DNA from: an uncultured Gammaproteobacteria bacterium
Lineage (GTDB): Bacteria > Patescibacteriota > Microgenomatia > Levybacterales > GWA1-39-11
DNA length: 52,280 bases
Reading direction: 5' to 3'
NCBI GenBank assembly: GCA_964409875.1
Contig: CAYPEN010000006.1
Span: forward strand, 1-52,280
Shown: one piece after another, positions 9,760 to 18,125 of the stretch
Numbering within the stretch: position 1 is the stretch's first letter
How the letters are laid out: each line of letters begins with the position of its first letter
The notes under the pieces: model-generated
Told to the model about the DNA's origin: nothing
The model's database searches: none
The model's input: only the letters and a program-made list of their open reading frames with translations
Made by a program: the position numbers and the translations under genes

Positions 9760-12126
9760 ATGCCCACGCTGATCGCCGAAGCAGTTTTGTACGTGGTCGA
9801 GGTCTGGGGAGTTTCGGCGGCGACGGCTGTGGCTGTTGCCAATGTCGTGATCACGGGCGTGTACTACGCGGCGGCGAGCGCGCTGATCAATGCAGCGGTA
9901 AAAGCCCTGTCTCCCAGCCAGCCACGAGGAGCAGGGCGAGGGATGGAGGTGAACGTCACGGATGCAACGGCTCCCGCGCGCATCCTGTACGGCACGGTGA
10001 AGGTGGGTGGGGTGAACGTCATCCCGCCGTTCAACTCCGGGGGCAACGGCGAGGTCCTGCACCAGGTGCTCGCGCTCGCGGGCCACGAGGTAGACTCGAT
10101 CACGGACGTGTACTTCGACCAGGAGCAGATAACTTCCGCGAGCATCGGGTCGATCACAGGAGCGACCACCGACGGGTTGGTGTCTGCTGGCAAGTACGCC
10201 AACGCCGCGTACATTCGCCGCTACACAGGCACCTCGACGCAGACGCGGGACTTCCGCCTGAACAACGCCTTCCCCACGGCGTTCGGCACGGACTTCCGGG
10301 GGCGCGGCATTGCGTACGTCGCTCTCGACTTCATCTTCAACCAGGACGTCTACCCTTCGGGTCTTCCTTCCGCGTCCTTCGTCGTGAAGGGAAAGAAGGT
10401 TTACGACCCGCGTCTCGATGTGACGCCAGGGGCTTCGCCGACGAACCCGAGCTACATCGCGTGGTCCGACAACTCGGCGCTCGTGCTCGCGGACTACCTG
10501 CTGTCCCCACTGGGCGGGGAGTTCGACTCAACCGAGATTGACTGGAGTCTCGTCGTCGCGGCGGCAAACATCTGCGACGCGTCGCTCTCAGGTGGCAATG
10601 CGCCGCCCTCGGGTGCGCAGGCGCGCTACACCTGCAACCTGCTGCTCCAGGCGACCGACGACTTCCTCGGCAACTGCAAACTGATCACCGACACGATGCT
10701 TGGGCGTTTCGTGTTCCGCGACGGCCAGTGGCGCATCTACGCAGGTGCCTGGACCAGCCCCGTTCACAACATGGACCAGAAGTGCTTCGTGGGCCCCGTG
10801 TCGATCCAGGCGTCCTCGCCGCGCGATCAGCGATACAACACGGTGCGTGCCTTCTTCGTGAACCCGGCGAAGAACTGGCAACGGGTAGAGTGTTACCCGC
10901 GCGTCAACGCCACCTACAAGACGAATGATGGCTCCGAAGGGATCGCCAAGGAAATTGAAATCCCCGGCGTGACGAACGAGTACCGCGCCCAGTACATCAG
11001 CGAAATCCTCCTGCGGCAGTCCCGTAACCAGATACAGATCACAGGCCCAATGGGTCCTCAATGGCAACGGCTCGCGCTGTACGAAACGGTCTCATTTGAC
11101 TGGCCCGATATGGGCTGGAGCAGCAAGACCTTCCGCGTCGTCGGGTACTCGCTCAATCCGAACGGCTCGGTGGATGTGGGTCTCGCAGAGGAGCAGTCCG
11201 GGGACTGGACCGACCTCACGACCGCCGAGTACAACAACCCATCGACGTCCACGCTCCCAACGACGAACCCAACTACTCCCAGCGCGCCGCAGAACTTTGT
11301 CGCGTTGCTGTTTAATGGAGTGCTGAAGTTCGATTGGGATCGCCCGACGATCGAGCCTGTGGACACAAAGTACCGGATCGTGCGCGCGCCTGGGTCCGCG
11401 TCTGCTGTGCAAAGTGGAACAGAGATTTGGCGCGGTAACGCAACGGGCGTGCTGCTGCCAATCACCGATCCGTTCAGCCGCTACTGGTATCACGTGCAGG
11501 CGATGGTGAACAGCAATCTTGGACCCTACACGCCGAACACGTTTGGTCTTGGATTGATGCCCTACCCGATGGCGGACAACACGTTCTACACGCAACGCCT
11601 CAACCCTGACGCGGAGTTCCTGTACGCAAGCAACAGCTACTGGGGCGGTACATTTGGCTCTGTATTCTCGTTGTCTCCAACCGGAGGCCAGATTGCTGGA
11701 CGGTGTATCGTAACAGGATCACAGCAAGGCGTCGTTCGTAATATCCAGGCGCAGTATGTCAATTCTCTTTCTGGTAATTTTTACCCTGTTAAAAATGGCG
11801 AGTCTGTCAACGTCACTGTGCGTTGGCGACGAACGTCTGCGTTAACAGGTTCTGGCGGACTGAACTTGTTCTTGAATGCGGCTAACAAAGCCGGAAATTA
11901 CACGCTTCAATTGATCGGAGGAACATCGAACGACTTTCTCTACACCAACACATTTGCTCTTAACACTTGGTACACAAAAGTGTGGTCTGTGCAAATACTT
12001 AGCAACTCGGTTCACGTGTTGTCTCCACCAGAACTTCGTTTGTCTAATTCCGATCACCTTCGATCCGGGACAATTGAAATTGATTACTTCGATTGCCGGG
12101 TGTTCCCCGGACTTGCAACGCCATGA
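9760..12126 (+). CDS. Central tail tip / host specificity protein (gpJ-like)
   Basis: 788 aa; PARILYGTVKVGG, RGRGIAY, VKGKKVYDPR, WSDNSALVLADYL, RYTCN motifs; FN3-like region and variable C-terminus. Confidence 0.9.
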   Translation: MPTLIAEAVLYVVEVWGVSAATAVAVANVVITGVYYAAASALINAAVKALSPSQPRGAGRGMEVNVTDATAPARILYGTVKVGGVNVIPPFNSGGNGEVLHQVLALAGHEVDSITDVYFDQEQITSASIGSITGATTDGLVSAGKYANAAYIRRYTGTSTQTRDFRLNNAFPTAFGTDFRGRGIAYVALDFIFNQDVYPSGLPSASFVVKGKKVYDPRLDVTPGASPTNPSYIAWSDNSALVLADYLLSPLGGEFDSTEIDWSLVVAAANICDASLSGGNAPPSGAQARYTCNLLLQATDDFLGNCKLITDTMLGRFVFRDGQWRIYAGAWTSPVHNMDQKCFVGPVSIQASSPRDQRYNTVRAFFVNPAKNWQRVECYPRVNATYKTNDGSEGIAKEIEIPGVTNEYRAQYISEILLRQSRNQIQITGPMGPQWQRLALYETVSFDWPDMGWSSKTFRVVGYSLNPNGSVDVGLAEEQSGDWTDLTTAEYNNPSTSTLPTTNPTTPSAPQNFVALLFNGVLKFDWDRPTIEPVDTKYRIVRAPGSASAVQSGTEIWRGNATGVLLPITDPFSRYWYHVQAMVNSNLGPYTPNTFGLGLMPYPMADNTFYTQRLNPDAEFLYASNSYWGGTFGSVFSLSPTGGQIAGRCIVTGSQQGVVRNIQAQYVNSLSGNFYPVKNGESVNVTVRWRRTSALTGSGGLNLFLNAANKAGNYTLQLIGGTSNDFLYTNTFALNTWYTKVWSVQILSNSVHVLSPPELRLSNSDHLRSGTIEIDYFDCRVFPGLATP

Positions 12127-12142
12127 GGAGGCCCAGATTCAA

Positions 12143-12613
12143 TTGTTGATCACACTCACGCGGGACCAGTACCTGCCAGACTGCACGCTCGGCGTGTTGG
12201 AGGTCGCGGGGAAACGCTTCTTCACGATCGAGCGCCCGTGGGTCCCGGACCCTGTGGGGAAGTCCGGGGTGAAGTACAAGTCTTGCGTGAGCGAGGGCGT
12301 GTACCGGCTTTCGCCATTCACCCGGCCTTCCGGGGAGAAGGCGTTCCGGTTGTCGAACCCGACGTTGGATGTGTTCGAGTCCCCGACCGATGTGCCGAAG
12401 GGCAGGGAAGAGTCCACCCGGACGCTTGTGCTGATCCATGCGGCCAACTACGTGTACGACGTCGTTGGTTGCATTGGCCCCGGCATGAGCAGAACGAAGG
12501 TGGCGCAGGGGTGGATGGTAACGAATTCGCGGGAAGCGATGAACCAAATCAGGACGCTGGTTGGATCAACCTATGACATATCGCTTTTGATAAAAAAGCC
12601 GGAGGCTGCGTGA
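12143..12613 (+). CDS. DUF5675-like protein, candidate endolysin
   Basis: Start (TTG 12143 or ATT 12137) follows GAGGAGG; TLG-x-L...TIERPW...SCV-x-EGVY...LIHAAN...GCI-x-PG...SREAM; first gene of the lysis cassette. Confidence 0.7.
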   Translation: MLITLTRDQYLPDCTLGVLEVAGKRFFTIERPWVPDPVGKSGVKYKSCVSEGVYRLSPFTRPSGEKAFRLSNPTLDVFESPTDVPKGREESTRTLVLIHAANYVYDVVGCIGPGMSRTKVAQGWMVTNSREAMNQIRTLVGSTYDISLLIKKPEAA

Positions 12614-12616
12614 TGG

Positions 12617-13039
12617 ATGGAAAGTTTTCAAAAACTAATCGAATGGTTGTTGAACATTGGGGTGAACTGGCCGGACATGACGGCCATAAGCGTGGGGACT
12701 GTGTCCGGGTGGTCGATAGCAACCGTCATTGAATTCTTGATGTCGGGGATCGGACTGCGGCAGTTGTTCGTGAAGAAGGTAATGGTGGTGAGCACGATCC
12801 TGTTCTCGTGGGTGTTTTCAGTCGTTTTGTGGATAGAGCTGGACCCAGCAGACCCGTTAAAGACCGTGGTCATCGTGTGCGGGGTGCTCGCGCCGATCAG
12901 CCCGTTGAGCTACGTGGTGGTGGCGCGCACCGCCAGCAAGTACGTTCCCTGGATCAATTCGTTATGGGCAGTAACTGAGGAGACGAAACGTGGAGACAAA
13001 GCAATTGGACCAGACGCAGGAAGAAACGACCCAGCATAA
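12617..13039 (+). CDS. Putative holin (about 3 TM segments)
   Basis: Hydrophobic segments, charged C-terminus, position between candidate endolysin and spanins. Confidence 0.65.
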   Translation: MESFQKLIEWLLNIGVNWPDMTAISVGTVSGWSIATVIEFLMSGIGLRQLFVKKVMVVSTILFSWVFSVVLWIELDPADPLKTVVIVCGVLAPISPLSYVVVARTASKYVPWINSLWAVTEETKRGDKAIGPDAGRNDPA

Positions 13040-13106
13040 CTGGTGGTTGGAGATCGCGATCGGGTGGGCTACCGTCCTGTTACTGATCGCACTTTTCTGG
13101 CATTAA
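12990..13106 (+). CDS. 38-aa single-pass membrane protein (not in ORF track)
   Basis: GAGGAG 7 nt before GTG; METKQLDQTQEETTQHNWWLEIAIGWATVLLLIALFWH*; stops 3 nt before the i-spanin start. Confidence 0.6.
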   Translation: METKQLDQTQEETTQHNWWLEIAIGWATVLLLIALFWH

Positions 13107-13109
13107 CCC

Positions 13110-13472
13110 GTGAACCCCTGGTTCATCCTCGGGGTCCTGCTCGCCGTGCTCGGTGCCGGGGCTTCGGGATATTTGAAGGGGCGTCACGACGTGACGGTGG
13201 AAACGGCGGCGGCGCAAAAGCACGACAAGGACCTGATCGACGCCGCCGTTTCCAAGATCGACACATCTGTCGCGCAACGCATCGCAAGCATCGAGGTGAA
13301 GCATGTCACGGTACGCCAGGAGCTTCAGAAAGAGATCGTTGACCGTTCTGTGTACCGGGACTGCGTCAACACTCCTGCTGGGCTGTCACTCATTAACTCA
13401 GCCCTTACCGGCGAGCCGCAACCCCTCGCCCCTGGTGGTGGCCAGTTGCCCGGAACTGGTCCCTCTCACTGA
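13110..13472 (+). CDS. Inner-membrane spanin (Rz-like)
   Basis: N-terminal TM, helical periplasmic part, C-terminal Y-x-D-C...G-L-x-L-I-N-x-A motif. Confidence 0.85.
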   Translation: MNPWFILGVLLAVLGAGASGYLKGRHDVTVETAAAQKHDKDLIDAAVSKIDTSVAQRIASIEVKHVTVRQELQKEIVDRSVYRDCVNTPAGLSLINSALTGEPQPLAPGGGQLPGTGPSH

Positions 13473-13617
13473 CCCGTCCTTCGGGGCGACGGTGATGAAG
13501 CTAATTGACGTTGCCGCTCAATATCGAGTGTGCCGCCTAGCTGCGCTTGCCGGTTCCGATAGTCCAGCGGCCACGAGCAAGAGAACTGGCAAAGCCGACG
13601 GCAAAGGCGACCAGTGA
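13303..13617 (+). CDS. Outer-membrane spanin lipoprotein (Rz1-like), overlapping the i-spanin
   Basis: Basic N-terminus, lipobox LLLG-C, Pro-rich mature part with C-P and Y-x-x-C; alternate frame overlapping the 3' half of Rz. Confidence 0.85.
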   Translation: MSRYARSFRKRSLTVLCTGTASTLLLGCHSLTQPLPASRNPSPLVVASCPELVPLTDPSFGATVMKLIDVAAQYRVCRLAALAGSDSPAATSKRTGKADGKGDQ

Positions 13618-13638
13618 CCGGGCAGACAGGGATGTCGC

Positions 13639-13842
13639 TCATCTCTCCTCCTCGAACCTAAGTTCCAGGGCCTCTGCCGTTGGCGTGCTCACCTTGACCA
13701 CCTTCATGCGGATTTTCTTACCCTCGCGCAAGTCGATGTCGTGCTTGCTGACGCGCAGGGTGTTGTCAGATTCCCGTGCGGCCAGGGCCGCGAGGATCGA
13801 GGTGAGCAGGGCAACCTGCTCGTGTAAGATGCGCGGGTTCAT
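13639..13842 (-). CDS. Hypothetical protein
   Basis: 67 aa from ATG at 13842 with GGAGG; TGATG coupling to the upstream gene. Confidence 0.65.
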   Translation of the reverse strand: MNPRILHEQVALLTSILAALAARESDNTLRVSKHDIDLREGKKIRMKVVKVSTPTAEALELRFEEER

Positions 13843-14402
13843 CAAAACCTCCACGCCGCAAGCACGAAGTCGGAGCCGAGGTTCGGAGTTTTGGTGCCCG
13901 CGTTGCTGCTGTGTGAATACTCGACCGAGAAGTGCTCGGTGGCCCGATAGCGCAAGGTGAGCCAGAAGGTAGCCCCCGCAGCGTTGTACGCGTCCGTGCG
14001 GAACACTGTTTGCACTCCGAGGCCAAGGTCAAAGCGCCGGTAGCCCGAGAGCACCTGACAGCCGACCTGCGCGTTCTGGTCCTGCTCCTGCGCGACCTTC
14101 ACCGTAACCGCCTTGTCCCCGCGCGGGCTGTGCTCGATCGTCTGCACGTTGCGCGTGTAGGTCGAAGGCCCGTACAGCAGGATGCGGCAGCGGACATCCG
14201 CCTTGTCCGCCACCACGTGCGGAAAGTACACGAGCGCGGCAGCGGCCCAGGTGGGACCTCGGACAACCTTGCTCCCCGCTTGCACCTCGAAGTCCGCCGC
14301 GCGAGAGCATCGCGGCATGAAGGTCAGGATGAAGCACAGCACGAACACCACCACGATCCACCACGCCCCGACGGAGCGCACCCAGTCAATTAGTTTCTTC
14401 AT
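13842..14402 (-). CDS. pagL: PagL-like lipid A 3-O-deacylase / acyloxyacyl hydrolase-type outer-membrane beta-barrel
   Basis: AGGAGG plus ATG at 14402; N-terminal hydrophobic signal, alternating beta-strands, H-S-S-N-A-G-x-x-x-P-N-x-G-x-D motif, terminal W-R-F. Confidence 0.78.
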   Translation of the reverse strand: MKKLIDWVRSVGAWWIVVVFVLCFILTFMPRCSRAADFEVQAGSKVVRGPTWAAAALVYFPHVVADKADVRCRILLYGPSTYTRNVQTIEHSPRGDKAVTVKVAQEQDQNAQVGCQVLSGYRRFDLGLGVQTVFRTDAYNAAGATFWLTLRYRATEHFSVEYSHSSNAGTKTPNLGSDFVLAAWRF

Positions 14403-14848
14403 ACAAAGGTTCCTCCTATCACGCTGCTGCCCACCGGCGGACTCATCTTCTGCTTTGGCCACACCTCCTCCATCAGGAAGTCGTTTGCCATGTCGTGCGC
14501 GACGCACACCCGGAAGTCCTGCGCCTGCTCCAATGCCGCCCGACGTTTGGTAACCGGGCGGTTGGCGTCGTAGGCTTTCGCCCGCTGCACGTTCGCGCGC
14601 CACGCCACGAGCGCGCGTCCCATCGCTTGCGCAATGGCCATGTTCTCGTCATACGCAATCCCGCGCCCGTTGCGCTTACGAATGTCCTTCCAAGCGTACA
14701 CGAACAACGCCGTGATCCACTTCGAGGTGTCGGTGGAGCCGTGGCCTTTGTACTTGCCACGCGTGCGGGGTTTGGTGGAAGCCTTGGCAATCTCCTTCTC
14801 GATGAATTGCAGGTACTCGACAATCGACCTGCCTTTTCGCTTCTTCAT
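14399..14848 (-). CDS. Hypothetical basic protein
   Basis: 149 aa, strong RBS (TAAGGAGG), ATGA-coupled on both sides. Confidence 0.7.
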   Translation of the reverse strand: MKKRKGRSIVEYLQFIEKEIAKASTKPRTRGKYKGHGSTDTSKWITALFVYAWKDIRKRNGRGIAYDENMAIAQAMGRALVAWRANVQRAKAYDANRPVTKRRAALEQAQDFRVCVAHDMANDFLMEEVWPKQKMSPPVGSSVIGGTFV

Positions 14849-15309
14849 ATTTCCTCCTTACTGTTTGGTATACGCGGTACTGTGGGGTGACCGAGGCTTT
14901 CCAGCTCGGCAAGTTCGCGCCTCAATTCGGCGATGCGCTTGATCCGCCGTTCCTCGCGGACACGGGCTTGAGCTTCCGCCCACGCGGGTTGCATCAGTGG
15001 GTCCATCGGCTCGCCATCCTCCCAGGTGAACTGTTCTAGGCCGAAATGCGCCGAGCAGCCGCAGCAGAACGTACCGGTGTAGAAGTTCGGATCACGCGCA
15101 TACGTTTCAGCCAATGACCGGCCCATCGTCGTCACCGTGCGGCACTTGTTGTGGATGTAGCTATGGCGGACCGGCTTCAGAAACCCTTTGGCGCGCTCCT
15201 CCGGCGACAGGACCACGTAGCCCTCCTGCTGGCCGTTCTTCTTCAGCTTCGTGTGGCTGCGGTCGGCGGGCACCGGGCTGCCATCGGTCAGTTGGATGCG
15301 GTCGTTCAT
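14845..15309 (-). CDS. Conserved phage hypothetical protein with Cys/His (Zn-binding) motifs
   Basis: YVVLSPEERAKGFLKPVRHSY-x-H-x-x-C...AETYARDP-x-FY-x-x-TFC-x-x-C-x-x-H. Confidence 0.75.
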   Translation of the reverse strand: MNDRIQLTDGSPVPADRSHTKLKKNGQQEGYVVLSPEERAKGFLKPVRHSYIHNKCRTVTTMGRSLAETYARDPNFYTGTFCCGCSAHFGLEQFTWEDGEPMDPLMQPAWAEAQARVREERRIKRIAELRRELAELESLGHPTVPRIPNSKEEI

Positions 15310-15485
15310 ACGGCCTCATTTCTCGCAGTGCTGGCATTGTTGATCAGTTCAAGCAGCCGCTTTATCTCTGCTTCCGCCAACTCGGCGCGACTGCGTTGCC
15401 ATGCGCCCCAAGTGAATGATCCATTCAAGTGCGGAATCGGCTCCGGTCCAATAGCGGCAAGTTTTTGGGCGTAGGATTCAGTCAT
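15306..15485 (-). CDS. Hypothetical protein (59 aa, not in ORF track)
   Basis: MTESYAQKLAAIGPEPIPHLNGSFTWGAWQ...NEAV*; ATGA overlaps at both ends fill the gap exactly. Confidence 0.65.
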   Translation of the reverse strand: MTESYAQKLAAIGPEPIPHLNGSFTWGAWQRSRAELAEAEIKRLLELINNASTARNEAV

Positions 15486-15754
15486 GATCTACCTCGATTG
15501 GTTGCTGCGTCATGCGCGGCCAGGCGCTCGGCCTCAGCGCGGCTGATGATTTTGAAGTCGAATGATTCTTTGTGGCCGTGCGTGAAAAGAAAGCCGCCTG
15601 TGCCGCTCCGGTACTCGCGGTCGAATGCGATGAAATCCTCAACAGTCAGCGTGACCGAACCGCCGAGCTTGCGAAGCGCGACAGCGAAAATTTTCTCCCA
15701 CTGACCGGAAAGCTGGTCCAAAACAGGGGCGTCGTTCATCTTCACGACGGTCAT
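15482..15754 (-). CDS. Hypothetical protein
   Basis: 90 aa, ATGA-coupled in the operon. Confidence 0.7.
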   Translation of the reverse strand: MTVVKMNDAPVLDQLSGQWEKIFAVALRKLGGSVTLTVEDFIAFDREYRSGTGGFLFTHGHKESFDFKIISRAEAERLAAHDAATNRGRS

Positions 15755-16026
15755 TCTTTACCCTCCGGTATAGATGGTGATGCGCTGGGAACTGCTCCCG
15801 GCGTTGGCGGTAGCGGCATCCAATGCGTGACACGCATCGGCTGGTCTGTGTAATGCCCTTCGACGATTCCGGTGCTGAGGTAAAATCCTTCCTCGCCTGC
15901 GTTACCCCACCAGTGGACGACAAAGGGCGGAAATTGCTGGAAAGTGATCCATTGATCATAGGGACCACAGCACGCGAGGATATGCGTCCCGTCTCTTGGC
16001 GCTTCGCTTATCGGTCGCCAGTTCAT
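15751..16026 (-). CDS. DUF551-type phage protein
   Basis: MNWRPISEAPRDGTHIL...VTHWMPLPPTP. Confidence 0.85.
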   Translation of the reverse strand: MNWRPISEAPRDGTHILACCGPYDQWITFQQFPPFVVHWWGNAGEEGFYLSTGIVEGHYTDQPMRVTHWMPLPPTPGAVPSASPSIPEGKE

Positions 16027-16214
16027 AGAGCAGTTTCCTGCGCTGGAGTGTTTATCGCCAACTCTGTTGGCTTGCCGCATTCAGGGCAAAACTTGTCACG
16101 CTTATAGTATTTGTGGCCGCTGCAAGCGATCACGTACCAGCACACCAAATCGCCGTCGCCCGGATCGAAGTCGTGATAGGTGTAGATGCACGTTTTCCCA
16201 CGTTCCTCGCTCAT
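16023..16214 (-). CDS. Small Zn-ribbon protein
   Basis: C...ACSG...KFCPECGK; ATGA-coupled. Confidence 0.7.
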   Translation of the reverse strand: MSEERGKTCIYTYHDFDPGDGDLVCWYVIACSGHKYYKRDKFCPECGKPTELAINTPAQETAL

Positions 16215-16783
16215 CGACTCGTTCCTCCGTCTTGAACGCTTCCCCACTGTGAGGCCATCGCATAGGCAATGCCCTCATACGTCCTGCTGCGCCGTTTCCA
16301 TCGATCAGGGCCAGGTGACATGCGGTGTACCTTCGGCTCTCGGCCTTCCACAATGTTGGTCGGCGTGAGCTTTGGCAGGTTCTTGAGCCAAAGGCAGGTA
16401 GCCTTCGTCTCACCGTGGCCGAACATCCACGGCTGAACAATCTGATCCGGCTTGCGAATCCGGCTGCTGATGACGCTGATGGGGTTTTCGATGGCGATGC
16501 GTTCTATTGGCGCATTCATCAATTCCCGCACGAATGCCAGCGCCGCAGCTTGCTCGGGTTGCTTGTCCTTGAACCACCTGGAGCCGGACACGGCTAGGTG
16601 AGTGCAGGGCGGATGGGCGATCATCAGATCCCAGCCCTCATCTAGTACGTCCATCACGCCGCACTGGAAATGCTGGCCGGGGCGCTCTGTGGGCAACAGG
16701 TCGCACGACCAAGCATCGTGGCCAAATCCGGCAAACGCATCGCGCACCGTGCCGCTGAACTCGCAGGCTACCAGCACCCTCAT
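16211..16783 (-). CDS. Phage DNA cytosine methyltransferase-like protein (short C5-MTase family)
   Basis: MRVLVACEFSGTVRDAF...SCDLLP...WDLMIAHPPCTHL (PPC catalytic motif), IENP, KATCLWLKNLP, RSRTY-x-GIA-x-AMA-x-QW. Confidence 0.75.
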   Translation of the reverse strand: MRVLVACEFSGTVRDAFAGFGHDAWSCDLLPTERPGQHFQCGVMDVLDEGWDLMIAHPPCTHLAVSGSRWFKDKQPEQAAALAFVRELMNAPIERIAIENPISVISSRIRKPDQIVQPWMFGHGETKATCLWLKNLPKLTPTNIVEGREPKVHRMSPGPDRWKRRSRTYEGIAYAMASQWGSVQDGGTSR

Positions 16784-17256
16784 GTGCCGGTTCCCTCACC
16801 GGCACCGCGCATGCCAGCGTCAATGATTGCGTCCATGCGTTCTTCGTCACAGCCTTTCAGGATCAATTGCTTCCAAACTGCGCTCAGGGATTCTTCGTCC
16901 GGCGTATCAAGACGCGATTCCGACCGGCGAATCCACCGATACCGCTGCGCGTCCTTCTCCAGCCGCTCATAATCGTCAGCGCCGGCTCTCGCCTCGGCGT
17001 TGAACAAGTTGAGAGTGTCGCGCAGGTCGTCCCGCTCCGCCTCAAGCTCGGCAATCCGCTCCTGCATCCGCGTCCACTCGCCGCTCGATTGCAGGCCAGC
17101 CTCACCAGCGGCTAGGCGCGCCTCAAGCTCGGCGACGCGGGCGGCGTGGTCGGCATGCGGGACCCATTCTCCGTCATCGGCTTCGCGCATATCGCACTGC
17201 GGCTGCGGCGGCCAATGCAGCGATTCGTAAGAATATGACTCGTATCGCTTAATCAT
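16780..17256 (-). CDS. Hypothetical coiled-coil protein (Ea22/ead-like)
   Basis: DGEWV-x-x-ADH...LEKDAQRYRWIR...DAIIDA pattern. Confidence 0.65.
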   Translation of the reverse strand: MIKRYESYSYESLHWPPQPQCDMREADDGEWVPHADHAARVAELEARLAAGEAGLQSSGEWTRMQERIAELEAERDDLRDTLNLFNAEARAGADDYERLEKDAQRYRWIRRSESRLDTPDEESLSAVWKQLILKGCDEERMDAIIDAGMRGAGEGTGT

Positions 17257-17283
17257 GTTTCGGTCCTTCGTCGGAAACGCGCC

Positions 17284-17469
17284 TCATGGCTTGTACTCCT
17301 CGCAACGCCACTCCCGCGCCTCCCCGAACAAGTGACCGGTGGTCTTGCACTGCTGCTCGGCCTTCGCCAGGCCCAACTGCATCCCGAACCAAATGCTGAT
17401 GGCGCACAGGACGATGGCCAGCACAAGGATGCTGATCTCCTCGGCCAGGGTGATCTCTCGCTTGAGCAT
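17284..17469 (-). CDS. Small membrane protein
   Basis: 61 aa with one TM segment. Confidence 0.6.
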   Translation of the reverse strand: MLKREITLAEEISILVLAIVLCAISIWFGMQLGLAKAEQQCKTTGHLFGEAREWRCEEYKP

Positions 17470-17472
17470 GGG

Positions 17473-17673
17473 TCAATCCTCCATTGAAGGGCGTTGCAGG
17501 GTTGAGGAGAACCTCCGCTCCTCGTGCGCCGCCTTGCGGATGTCGCGCAGGCGGTCGTGCTCGTCCAGGAACTTGCGCAGCACCAGGCACACCAGGATGA
17601 AGCAACCGAAGATGAAGAAGAACGCGAGCCACTTGGCACGCATGGTTTCGGGGTCAGCAATATAAGCAATCAT
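17473..17673 (-). CDS. Small membrane protein
   Basis: 66 aa from ATG at 17673 with GGAGG; TM WLAFFFIFGCFILVCLVL. Confidence 0.6.
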   Translation of the reverse strand: MIAYIADPETMRAKWLAFFFIFGCFILVCLVLRKFLDEHDRLRDIRKAAHEERRFSSTLQRPSMED

Positions 17674-18125
17674 GTCCGTCCTCCGTTTGAAAGTTGATCG
17701 ACCACATCGTCCATCGTCTTGCACACGTAGACACCCTTGGTCCACCTGCACAGATTCTCGCCCGACACAATCTTCCGCCCCCGCAACAGCATGAGCGCCT
17801 GCGTGGGTTCCAGTAGTATATATTCCCGCCAGGTGAGAGGTCCAATAACACCCATTAACAGCCAACTACTCTGGTAAAAGCGCGTGTTGTGATGTGCCAA
17901 TAGCCAAGAGGCTTGGGACAAGGTGAATTCGCTGTGCGGGCTGTAAGGCTTGCCGGGGCGAGGATGATTACAGGTTTTAAGTTCTACCCACCCGCACCAA
18001 GGCTCCATGACGTACTCCACATCCGATACCCCGGCAACAGTGCTGGTCTCTATCCTCGTGAACAGGCCACGAGATTTGGTGGCCGCGTCCAGCTTGGCCC
18101 ATAGCTTGGCTTCGGTGTCAATCAT
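17670..18125 (-). CDS. PD-(D/E)xK nuclease (resolvase / VRR-NUC-like)
   Basis: E-x-x-LW...TRIET...GVSDV...WVELK...Q-x-x-W; ATGA-coupled to polA. Confidence 0.75.
   Translation of the reverse strand: MIDTEAKLWAKLDAATKSRGLFTRIETSTVAGVSDVEYVMEPWCGWVELKTCNHPRPGKPYSPHSEFTLSQASWLLAHHNTRFYQSSWLLMGVIGPLTWREYILLEPTQALMLLRGRKIVSGENLCRWTKGVYVCKTMDDVVDQLSNGGRT

Noticed and set aside
11954-12142. ORF-track N-terminal extensions (also 14403-14603, 21906-22004, 23230-23418, 23886-24014, 24596-24763, 27847-28065)
   Set aside because: They overlap upstream genes; RBS position and ATGA coupling support the shorter starts used here
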